From a virus: a DNA stretch of 64,000 bases. The position numbers and the translations under genes are program-made. The notes beneath the pieces were generated by a model. It saw only the letters and a program-made list of their open reading frames with translations, was not told where the DNA came from and searched no databases. Positions 9,464-16,790 of the stretch are shown one piece after another; the stretch's first letter is position 1; each line of letters starts with the position of its first letter. The stretch covers positions 46,387 to 110,386 of IMG/VR virus record IMGVR_UViG_3300046804_004438. One strand, given 5' to 3'.

Positions 9464-9856
9464 TTAAACGCTCTCTATGATTACCGAGGCAATTGCGAGG
9501 TCTTTTTCATCTGATATTGACAATTGAATATTATATGTTTTATCTTTACCTACTAAAAGAATTAATTTAGTTAGAGCCTGATTCTTTAAAACTAGTATAG
9601 GCATTCCGTTGTCATAGTTTTTAACTGTAATGTCTGTAGGAACAACATCGACAAAACCTGTACCAAGAGCCTTGACAAATGCTTCTTTTGCTGCATACCT
9701 TTTTGCATAAAAAGCTGCTGGTTTCATCAAACCAGCAGCCTCAGCTTGTTCTTCTTTTGTAAAGATGGTGTCTATAAATTTCTGGCCATACACACTACCA
9801 ATTGATTCTTGAAATCTACTGATCGTGCAAATATCGACACCATGACCAACAATCAT
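9464..9856 (-). CDS. acpS: Holo-ACP synthase (4'-phosphopantetheinyl transferase)
   Basis: GHGVDI, RYAAKEAFVKALGTG, G.P and LSISDE motifs. Confidence 0.95.
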   Translation of the reverse strand: MIVGHGVDICTISRFQESIGSVYGQKFIDTIFTKEEQAEAAGLMKPAAFYAKRYAAKEAFVKALGTGFVDVVPTDITVKNYDNGMPILVLKNQALTKLILLVGKDKTYNIQLSISDEKDLAIASVIIESV

Positions 9857-10953
9857 TTGACTACTCTCAGCAGGATAATGTTTGGATTAATACGGTCAGA
9901 GAATGCAGCAGGCTCTGACTTGATCTCATCCATCAACTTACGGAGAACAATTTTGCCACCTGACAGAACAGTCTTAACATATTGTTCTGGCTTACGACCA
10001 ATACGTTTTGTCAAGGAAGTATCGCTATCATAGCCATCAATGCTAGAGCGGTGTACACTGAGCCCACTATGGCCACGAGCACGGAACACGCTAAGAGTTT
10101 TAGACTTAGTGTTAAACGTCCATAATTCTTGAGCGCCGATAACCGTTGCGGGGTCACACGATTGTAATTTATACTCATTGCTTTCTTTCTGATATTGAAA
10201 ATGTTTCAACAGTTTCTCAGTAGTAGGAGCTTTCTTCTTACGAGGTGCGCGAGCCTTCTTTACATTGCCTGCAAAGCGTTCACAATCCTCAATAAGTTTT
10301 AGTACATAACCAAGTTTTTGCTTGAGTTCATTCTTCGTGTAGTGTTGGTAGCCTTCGTTATCTTCTGTTAATGCATACACATATTCATCACGTAATGGCT
10401 TATAAAATTCTGCAATCTTCCCTGCATGCATTGCAGGAATCTGATTCTTCTGCAGCCATTCATAGATATTAACAATCTCACCAGAATCAAGAATAGCCTC
10501 GACATCTCCAATGATATCAGAAACTCGTTCTCTTACTCGTTCCTGAATAGAAGGTTTGTTCTTAGGCTCTTCTGGTTTCTTTTCTTGCTCTACATGGTTT
10601 GTGGCATTCTTGATAGTATCAACAACACGCTGCAGATCTTTAGAATCTAACTGCTGCTTGTTGTTAGTAGCAATCCTACAAAGCCATGCAGATGTGAGAG
10701 GTATAAACTTCTCAGGGATGTGATCAATCATCTTGATTAGCTGCTTGTCACCTGTGAAGTAATCCTTAAGATAGGTACGAGCCTCCTCGTTCTCACACAT
10801 AGTGTTATACCACGTGAAAGCCTTTATCATGTCAATCTTGGACTGTATGTTCTTTGGCTCATCACCAAGATATTTCCAGTTAACAAGATAGGTCTCGCTC
10901 TTTGTGGAGCGCTTGACCTTCTTTGTTTTTACTTTAAGTAAGGATTTAGCCAT
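9853..10953 (-). CDS. Conserved hypothetical T4-like phage protein
   Basis: 366 aa ORF with IGAQELWTFNTK and RKPE motifs. Confidence 0.65.
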   Translation of the reverse strand: MAKSLLKVKTKKVKRSTKSETYLVNWKYLGDEPKNIQSKIDMIKAFTWYNTMCENEEARTYLKDYFTGDKQLIKMIDHIPEKFIPLTSAWLCRIATNNKQQLDSKDLQRVVDTIKNATNHVEQEKKPEEPKNKPSIQERVRERVSDIIGDVEAILDSGEIVNIYEWLQKNQIPAMHAGKIAEFYKPLRDEYVYALTEDNEGYQHYTKNELKQKLGYVLKLIEDCERFAGNVKKARAPRKKKAPTTEKLLKHFQYQKESNEYKLQSCDPATVIGAQELWTFNTKSKTLSVFRARGHSGLSVHRSSIDGYDSDTSLTKRIGRKPEQYVKTVLSGGKIVLRKLMDEIKSEPAAFSDRINPNIILLRVVK

Positions 10954-11206
10954 TCTTTGTCACATCAAATGTAAAGAGAGAAACATTACATGCACCTACA
11001 CCTAAGTGATGTGCATCATGATATTTCGAGAAGTATGTATCGTTCTCGACATCTAGCACCCAGCACTTGCCGTACGTCTCGACCATCCAATCGACAAACG
11101 AATCTAGTGCCTGTGAATCCTCTTCATCAAGATCACCCTCATCGCCGTTGATAAGGATAGGAGCCCAGTGTGTAGGAAGTTCAAAGTGATCGATCTCAAT
11201 AGCCAT
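10946..11206 (-). CDS. Small acidic early protein
   Basis: LP.HWA..LINGD motif; Asp/Glu-rich. Confidence 0.65.
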   Translation of the reverse strand: MAIEIDHFELPTHWAPILINGDEGDLDEEDSQALDSFVDWMVETYGKCWVLDVENDTYFSKYHDAHHLGVGACNVSLFTFDVTKNG

Positions 11207-11421
11207 TAGTGTTGTCCTTCAAAATAACGAACATCTGCATCAGTTGTATAAGGATCCTTAATCAACTTGCCAATCAAAGCCTTCCTGAGACCATAGATCT
11301 GATCTAAGAATGCTTCTGCAAGACCATATTCCTCAGAATCAACAGCCTTGCTGTAGTTTTCCTCAATACAATCAAGAGCAAATCGAATCTGCTCAATTGT
11401 AAGTTCTGAATACTTGCTCAC
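11206..11421 (-). CDS. Early helical protein, paralogue of 12495..12686
   Basis: GTG start after GGAG RBS; the longer listed ORF overlaps its own promoter. Confidence 0.6.
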   Translation of the reverse strand: MSKYSELTIEQIRFALDCIEENYSKAVDSEEYGLAEAFLDQIYGLRKALIGKLIKDPYTTDADVRYFEGQH

Positions 11422-11444
11422 TTTTTCATCTCCACTCTTGATAT

Positions 11445-11479
11445 TATTAATATATGATATTTTCATAAAAAAGACAACA
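11445..11479 (-). promoter_or_regulatory. Early sigma70-type promoter
   Basis: TTGTCT-17-TATATT with the spacer shared by this promoter family. Confidence 0.7.
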
Positions 11480-11484
11480 GATAT

Positions 11485-11589
11485 TTAGTGCTTGTACAGA
11501 TACAAACACAGCCATAAAAACATAAGCCACGGAGTAGCCCATAACACAAAAACAAAAGTGGCCCAGATATTAAGAATAAGACGAAACAT
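11485..11589 (-). CDS. 34-aa hydrophobic membrane peptide (not in ORF track)
   Basis: AGGAG RBS; MFRLILNIWATFVFVLWATPWLMFLWLCLYLYKH; own promoter upstream. Confidence 0.65.
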   Translation of the reverse strand: MFRLILNIWATFVFVLWATPWLMFLWLCLYLYKH

Positions 11590-11609
11590 TGTTAACTCCT
11601 TATATTGTA

Positions 11610-11640
11610 ATAATACGATCTAAAGAAAATAAAGTCAACA
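11610..11640 (-). promoter_or_regulatory. Early sigma70-type promoter
   Basis: TTGACT-17-TATTAT. Confidence 0.75.
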
Positions 11641-11651
11641 ATTTTTTTAAT

Positions 11652-11684
11652 AAAAGGGGAGAGTTTATTCTCTCCCCTTTTTTT
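11652..11684. terminator. Intrinsic terminator closing the G-free gene
   Basis: AAAAGGGGAGAG/CTCTCCCCTTTT hairpin flanked by A and T runs. Confidence 0.85.
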
Positions 11685-11688
11685 GTTT

Positions 11689-11871
11689 TTATGAATTAAG
11701 AGAAGGATGTAGAGGGAAGGATTGAGGATAGTAGTGAGTGTAGTAGTTTATTAGATTTTGGTAGTTAATATTATATGGAAGATTATATGTTTGAAGTTGT
11801 TGTAAGAATTGTATTTTTTGTTGGATTGTGTTAAGGGATTGGAATGTTGAGTAGATATAATTGAGGTCCAT
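11689..11871 (-). CDS. 60-aa protein encoded by a G-free reading frame
   Basis: AAGGAG RBS, own promoter and terminator; only two G in the ORF (ATG G). Confidence 0.65.
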   Translation of the reverse strand: MDLNYIYSTFQSLNTIQQKIQFLQQLQTYNLPYNINYQNLINYYTHYYPQSFPLHPSLNS

Positions 11872-11893
11872 TTCAGTTCTCCTTTACCTTTAT

Positions 11894-11924
11894 AATATCC
11901 GATATTTTAATAAAAAAGGCAACA
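11894..11924 (-). promoter_or_regulatory. Early promoter of the G-free gene
   Basis: TTGCCT-17-GATATT. Confidence 0.7.
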
Positions 11925-11939
11925 ATTAATTTTTCGTGT

Positions 11940-11970
11940 AAAATCAAGAGGTTAGCTAACCCTTTGAAAA
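11940..11970. repeat. Imperfect palindrome at the centre of the divergent early promoters
   Basis: AAAATCAAGAGGTTAG|CTAACCCTTTGAAAA. Confidence 0.65.
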
Positions 11971-11986
11971 CACACAATTTTTTTTC

Positions 11987-12020
11987 TGTTGCCTTTTTTA
12001 TGAAAATAACGGATGATAAT
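11987..12020 (+). promoter_or_regulatory. Early promoter (rightward)
   Basis: TTGCCT-17-GATGAT; near mirror image of 11894..11924. Confidence 0.65.
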
Positions 12021-12047
12021 TATAGTGAAAAACAAAGAGATTTTCGT

Positions 12048-12218
12048 ATGAAAAACGCTAAAGATTACAACTATTTAGTAGAGATTGTTTTCAAGGATAA
12101 ACGCAGGTTTGTCAGGAAAAATCTTACGAAAAAACAAGCGGTTACGGAGTACAATCGTTATCTGCGGGATATGTCTATTCTCCAGATTCAACAGGTTGGT
12201 TGGGAACTGCAAAAATAA
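12048..12218 (+). CDS. Small early protein
   Basis: ATG start downstream of the promoter; the longer listed ORF overlaps the promoter. Confidence 0.55.
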   Translation: MKNAKDYNYLVEIVFKDKRRFVRKNLTKKQAVTEYNRYLRDMSILQIQQVGWELQK

Positions 12219-12219
12219 C

Positions 12220-12252
12220 TGTTGTATTTTTTATTAAAAAATCGGATATTAA
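12220..12252 (+). promoter_or_regulatory. Early promoter (rightward)
   Basis: TTGTAT-17-GATATT with the family spacer. Confidence 0.7.
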
Positions 12253-12277
12253 TAATATGAGCAATGGAGAGAAAAAT

Positions 12278-12502
12278 ATGACTGAGCAAGATTTTATGAT
12301 GTATGGTGTCTCAAAACAGACTATTGAAAATGTGTATATCAATTCTGGTACAACTAAATTAGCTGGTATTGAAATGACTGTTATGGGTATTCTTTCAGAT
12401 GCTCAGCATGTCTTGGAGCACGGTGATAGAGAAAGTGCTCGTAAGTATGTAAATATTGCTAAGTACATTCTTTCGGAAATGATGGAGCAGAAACGTGGTT
12501 AA
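12278..12502 (+). CDS. Small early protein
   Basis: GGAGAG RBS before MTEQDF. Confidence 0.65.
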   Translation: MTEQDFMMYGVSKQTIENVYINSGTTKLAGIEMTVMGILSDAQHVLEHGDRESARKYVNIAKYILSEMMEQKRG

Positions 12503-12686
12503 TTATTCAAATCTAGATATCGACCAAACCCGTCAACTACTTGACATGTACGAAAGCATCTATTGCGTTGCTATGGATGCTGCTGTTGATAAAGATGATA
12601 TTGAGTATGCAAGTTCAATCTACCGTAGCATACTCCTTACTCGTTACGCACTAAAAAATAAACTAGAGAAGCAGGAGCAAGCCTGA
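12495..12686 (+). CDS. Early helical protein, paralogue of 11206..11421
   Basis: Shared YS.L.I.Q.R..LD..E..Y...AVD...R.AL..KL pattern. Confidence 0.6.
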   Translation: MVNYSNLDIDQTRQLLDMYESIYCVAMDAAVDKDDIEYASSIYRSILLTRYALKNKLEKQEQA

Positions 12687-12687
12687 T

Positions 12688-12909
12688 ATGAACACTATAG
12701 ATTTGAAAGAATCTGAACAATATTTCTTTACGCATGGTAGTCGTATTCTTAATACTATCTATCCTAAACAATATGTGTTCTATAGTAAGAATCGTTCTTA
12801 CATCACAAAGAAGATCGATCAGAAGGTTGCTGATGGTTTCAAATTGAAATCACAAAGCGTCAACAGACCAGATGGTACAATCAGAGTTGTTATGGAGAGA
12901 AGCCAATGA
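12688..12909 (+). CDS. Hypothetical early protein
   Basis: Tight operon packing. Confidence 0.6.
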   Translation: MNTIDLKESEQYFFTHGSRILNTIYPKQYVFYSKNRSYITKKIDQKVADGFKLKSQSVNRPDGTIRVVMERSQ

Positions 12910-13127
12910 AACAGATCACTATACCTGTTACGTTCAATGTTTCCGACGAAGCTTATGATGCATATCATGGTTGCAGCTACATTCATTATCTTGAACAAGA
13001 ACTTGCTGATATGATGTTTGGCGCATTCCGTAAATTTGTGTTTATGGGTTCTGTTAATCAAGAGATTATCAAATTGGCAGAAGATATGAACAAGCAATTT
13101 GAGGAAATGGAAAAAGAGTATGCTTGA
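12906..13127 (+). CDS. Hypothetical early protein
   Basis: ATGA overlap and GGAGAG RBS. Confidence 0.6.
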   Translation: MKQITIPVTFNVSDEAYDAYHGCSYIHYLEQELADMMFGAFRKFVFMGSVNQEIIKLAEDMNKQFEEMEKEYA

Positions 13128-13311
13128 TATCAAGCTTCTACTACAACAAACATTAGATTCTGCAAAGAAGCTAGCAGAAGAACCTATGCCTGATTGGTAT
13201 AATATACACGATTATTCTTCTGGATTTTATTACGGAAGAAAGTCTGCTGCTCAGGATAAAATTGATTTGATAGAAGAAATTCTCAATCAATTAGACAAGA
13301 GATCTGAGTAA
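13120..13311 (+). CDS. Hypothetical early protein
   Basis: Likely start at MLDIK overlapping the upstream stop. Confidence 0.5.
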   Translation: MLDIKLLLQQTLDSAKKLAEEPMPDWYNIHDYSSGFYYGRKSAAQDKIDLIEEILNQLDKRSE

Positions 13312-14220
13312 CCCTTCCCATTCGCCTTTTCTTCTATCCCAGCTATAGAAGTAATCATAATAACTTTTTTGGAAACCAAGGTAAGGATCTTCTTTACCTT
13401 GGTTGTTTCTTATTGTATTGATTGCATGCTCAAGAGTATGAGCAAACTGCACGGCATGTGCGTTCTTATTTTCTGTCCATGGATACATCATTGCAAAATT
13501 AGCACATGTCTCGGGGAGTGCTGCATAGTTAGGACACACGACTAGATTCATTGCTGACATTGCTTCAATTACAGAAAGACAACTCGTCTCTGGCCAGATA
13601 GATGGGTATGCATAGATGTGAGACTTCTTTAGTGCTTCTCTTACTTGTTCGTTAGGAACTGCACCATGATACGTTATCTGAGGATGCTGCTTACAACGTT
13701 CAAATAATTGTCTGTATGGTTCATCTCTCTGTTCCCATCCATATATGCTAAACGAAGAATATACATCAAGGTGAATATCTTTATACTTCTGTGCGAGCTC
13801 ATGAAACACGGGAACAAGTATTTCTAGACCACGATGTGGTGTAGTATGGTATATCAGATTGATTGTATCATCATATTGTTTTGTTTCAATGTCAATTGGA
13901 TAAATTGCATTCTTGATCACAACGGATTCAGAATAAGGAAGACCAGATGCAAGATTATAAAATTGCATCTGCCAATCTGATACACAAACAATCTTGTCAA
14001 ATCTTTTACGTAGGTTGGGATCTTTGATATGTTCTGATTCTGGATCAACAGGTAGATCGTGCAACCAGAGAATCTTTTTCTTGTCTGGATCTAGATCTCT
14101 GACTCGTGATGGTATGATCTGAAACTTTTCCAAAAGATCAGCAGGCAGTGAACTGTGAAGACGTTCCTGCATAAGCTCTGTGCCACCACGAGCATTTTTA
14201 CTTAATTCATTTTTTTCCAT
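13291..14220 (-). CDS. Glycosyltransferase (GT-B/GT4-like)
   Basis: GGTE, WLHD, P.RGL and YPSIWPETSCLSVIEAM motifs. Confidence 0.88.
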   Translation of the reverse strand: MEKNELSKNARGGTELMQERLHSSLPADLLEKFQIIPSRVRDLDPDKKKILWLHDLPVDPESEHIKDPNLRKRFDKIVCVSDWQMQFYNLASGLPYSESVVIKNAIYPIDIETKQYDDTINLIYHTTPHRGLEILVPVFHELAQKYKDIHLDVYSSFSIYGWEQRDEPYRQLFERCKQHPQITYHGAVPNEQVREALKKSHIYAYPSIWPETSCLSVIEAMSAMNLVVCPNYAALPETCANFAMMYPWTENKNAHAVQFAHTLEHAINTIRNNQGKEDPYLGFQKSYYDYFYSWDRRKGEWEGLLRSLV

Positions 14221-14244
14221 AACAAAATACTCATAATATAAAAA

Positions 14245-14598
14245 TCAATCTTTAGGTTTAAAGATCTTACCTGGTAGTTTCAATTCAACTTTTTCATCTT
14301 GCAAACCAATCAATAGATGGGCAGCAAATGATAATATACTCCAAGCACTAAATCCTACAGCTACTGAAGCTGCTATAAGATTATCTGATGATAAATTCCA
14401 GTGTAGCCACTCTAAGAGTACTGGTGCAAATACGATTGCAGCCATAACACTCAGACCTGATCTAATTGCCGCATCCCAAACATTTTGAGGTCTATAGAAC
14501 GCCATAAACGACACCCCACCTATTAGCCCACCTAGACCGGTCATCATCTTGACCATCAACGGTGTTGAAATTGGATCTGACATTAGTATTCCTGACAA
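14245..14598 (-). CDS. Membrane protein, possible holin
   Basis: Three TM helices and a charged C-terminus. Confidence 0.5.
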   Translation of the reverse strand: MSGILMSDPISTPLMVKMMTGLGGLIGGVSFMAFYRPQNVWDAAIRSGLSVMAAIVFAPVLLEWLHWNLSSDNLIAASVAVGFSAWSILSFAAHLLIGLQDEKVELKLPGKIFKPKD

Positions 14599-14617
14599 TG
14601 TATAAAAACTAATGCTT

Positions 14618-14890
14618 TTATTTATGAATACTAATTATTGAATCATAGCGAAATGAACGCCAAGAATCCTTTTCAACATCCCAAACTGATAAAATATTAT
14701 CATTTATTTTCTTTTCACGATCAGTTTTTTTCTCGTGAGGTCTTACGATATGCTCCATAAGAGTACATTTCATATCACGTTCTGATCCATCTGTCTTTGT
14801 AAACTTAACGTTGACAATTCCAGATTGTAACATATGAACGATAGTAGATTTAGAAAGCTCCGTCACCGTGTCCACCTGCTGTCTCCTCAA
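14618..14890 (-). CDS. SH3-like/WYL_2-type small phage protein
   Basis: V.FTK.DG..R.M.CTL and VWD.EK..WRSFR motifs. Confidence 0.8.
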   Translation of the reverse strand: MRRQQVDTVTELSKSTIVHMLQSGIVNVKFTKTDGSERDMKCTLMEHIVRPHEKKTDREKKINDNILSVWDVEKDSWRSFRYDSIISIHK

Positions 14891-15101
14891 GATAAACTTT
14901 CAACTCTTCATAACCACCAATACGCTTACCATCAACAGCAACAATTGGAACAGTTCTTACACCCGGGAACATCTCAGTGAGTTCTGTAATACCAATATCT
15001 TCACCTACTGTAAGATATCGATAATTAATTCCACGTTCGTTGAGTAACTGTTTTGCAGCTACACACCAATTACAATTTAGTTTACCATATACTTCAATCA
15101 T
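14850..15101 (-). CDS. Glutaredoxin
   Basis: CNWC active site, RTVP and IGGYEEL. Confidence 0.93.
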   Translation of the reverse strand: MIEVYGKLNCNWCVAAKQLLNERGINYRYLTVGEDIGITELTEMFPGVRTVPIVAVDGKRIGGYEELKVYLEETAGGHGDGAF

Positions 15102-15381
15102 TTGACATCCTTATTCCCATGTCCTTGTCTGATCTCTTCCATGGACCAAATGCAGCAGGATGATTACCTTCAACTCTAATAAAAGGCTTGTTTGTTTCAT
15201 TCTTGTTTGGGTTAGGAATAGTGACCATAGTCTTCTTTCCTCTTGCCCATTGCTTAAGCTGATTCAAAAGTTTATCAGTATAACTATGATCTTTTCTCAT
15301 AGCCTTTACAGTCTCTTTTGATACACTACCATACTTACCTTTAGAAACGTATGTCTTTCTTTTCTTGGCTGCCATAATCAA
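15094..15381 (-). CDS. Conserved basic phage protein
   Basis: TIPNPNKNETNKPFIRV motif. Confidence 0.6.
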   Translation of the reverse strand: MIMAAKKRKTYVSKGKYGSVSKETVKAMRKDHSYTDKLLNQLKQWARGKKTMVTIPNPNKNETNKPFIRVEGNHPAAFGPWKRSDKDMGIRMSND

Positions 15382-15602
15382 TCATCCTCTGATACATCAA
15401 TAATCTTTTTTTCAATAACACTCATACAAGCAATACACTTAAAGTAAACCATACTTGCTTGAGGGTTTCTACCATTTAATGCAAAATTTGTGAGAACTAA
15501 GGATCTGTTACCTGAACCACATTTAGGACAATTACCTACTACTACAGGTACATTACTACCCTGTTCAGCACAGACCCTTATTTGTTCATCACTTCTTTGC
15601 AT
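15378..15602 (-). CDS. Zinc-ribbon protein
   Basis: CPKCG...CIAC; start uncertain. Confidence 0.55.
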   Translation of the reverse strand: MQRSDEQIRVCAEQGSNVPVVVGNCPKCGSGNRSLVLTNFALNGRNPQASMVYFKCIACMSVIEKKIIDVSEDD

Positions 15603-15834
15603 TCTTCTTTGTGTTCTTTGCTTTTGCTTTTGGTGCAGCTGCTTTTGCTTTCTTTGCTGGCTTTGATTCAGCTTTGATAGCTTCTGCAATCTTTGTTTCT
15701 ACTTCTTTAAGTTCAGCTGATGCTGTTTGTACTACTGCTGCAGCTGCATTCTGTACTTTTACTTCTACTTGCTTTACTTCTTGTTTGACTTCATTGAGTC
15801 CAACACCAAAGAATTCTTTAAGCCAATTTAACAT
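15589..15834 (-). CDS. Small protein with Ala/Lys-rich histone-like tail
   Basis: PAKKAKAAAPKAKAK C-terminus. Confidence 0.6.
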   Translation of the reverse strand: MLNWLKEFFGVGLNEVKQEVKQVEVKVQNAAAAVVQTASAELKEVETKIAEAIKAESKPAKKAKAAAPKAKAKNTKKNAKK

Positions 15835-16375
15835 TTTTTAACTCCTGTTCATATCCATATTTACAAATAAAATAACTGTCAATAATATCTGAAGATGGGT
15901 TCCATTGGTTATCTGATAACCCTAGCTTCTTTTTAATATTATATCCAGTGTTTTCTTCAAACACATCCTGTAATAATTGTTTGTTGGCATTTCCTTTGCC
16001 AGTTGCAAACTTCTTAATTACAGTAGGAGGAACTATAGTATAATCATAGCACCTTCTAAACAAAAAGTGTTTAAGCAAGCCAGCATTCTCGGCTATATTA
16101 AACACCCTGCCTGTCGATCCCATCGAGTACCCTTCTATGTATACCTTAGCATCTTCAGGAATCTTATTGATTGCCCATTTGGCAATATTATAGTATCTTT
16201 GTTCATCGCTGTAATAATCTTCATGTTGATCGCCATGAATATTATCAAAATCTACATCATATTTTTTAGTATCTGTCAGGTAATAAAAATTACACTTTGA
16301 GAAACCAAAATTTTTAGAATCACAAATACATACACAAGGAGATGACAAACTATAATCAATACCAACAATAACCAT
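15818..16375 (-). CDS. RuvC-like Holliday junction resolvase
   Basis: GIDYS, IEGY, P..IKKFATGKGNA.K and DIIDS motifs. Confidence 0.85.
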   Translation of the reverse strand: MVIVGIDYSLSSPCVCICDSKNFGFSKCNFYYLTDTKKYDVDFDNIHGDQHEDYYSDEQRYYNIAKWAINKIPEDAKVYIEGYSMGSTGRVFNIAENAGLLKHFLFRRCYDYTIVPPTVIKKFATGKGNANKQLLQDVFEENTGYNIKKKLGLSDNQWNPSSDIIDSYFICKYGYEQELKNVKLA

Positions 16376-16384
16376 ATAAATTAA

Positions 16385-16615
16385 TTATTCATCCTCACCA
16401 TAATCAAAACCATCTTCATCATCTTCATACTTATCTTCGTCTTCATCATCCCATACATATCTGCTCAAAACATTGTCAAATACATCATCTTGACCTTCGC
16501 TATCTGAAGCATCTCTTGTGCCAACAAGGTCAAACAATTTTCTATATATTTCGCCTCTTGTTGCATCTTCTCTAACAGATTCTGTTAAAACTTCAATTAG
16601 TGCATCCCAATCCAT
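16385..16615 (-). CDS. Small very acidic protein
   Basis: Asp/Glu-rich tail. Confidence 0.6.
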   Translation of the reverse strand: MDWDALIEVLTESVREDATRGEIYRKLFDLVGTRDASDSEGQDDVFDNVLSRYVWDDEDEDKYEDDEDGFDYGEDE

Positions 16616-16790
16616 TATTATTTTCCTTTAGTTTATTGATGATCTGCTTTCTTTGATCATTAGTATATATACGCCATTGTCTAATCTGTTCTACAGTCCT
16701 ACCACACCCAATACAAATAGATGTGACAGGATCTAATTTACACACTTTTATACAGGGTGTCAGAATAGTTCGCATCCACCACCAACACAA
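16593..16790 (-). CDS. DUF1289-like Cys-rich (Fe-S) protein
   Basis: PCIKVC.LD...CIGCGRT..I..W motif. Confidence 0.8.
   Translation of the reverse strand: MCWWWMRTILTPCIKVCKLDPVTSICIGCGRTVEQIRQWRIYTNDQRKQIINKLKENNNGLGCTN

Noticed and set aside
11678-11867. Simple-sequence repeat or G-quadruplex as the explanation for the C-free tract
   Set aside because: No tandem periodicity is visible and there are only two GGG runs on the plus strand.
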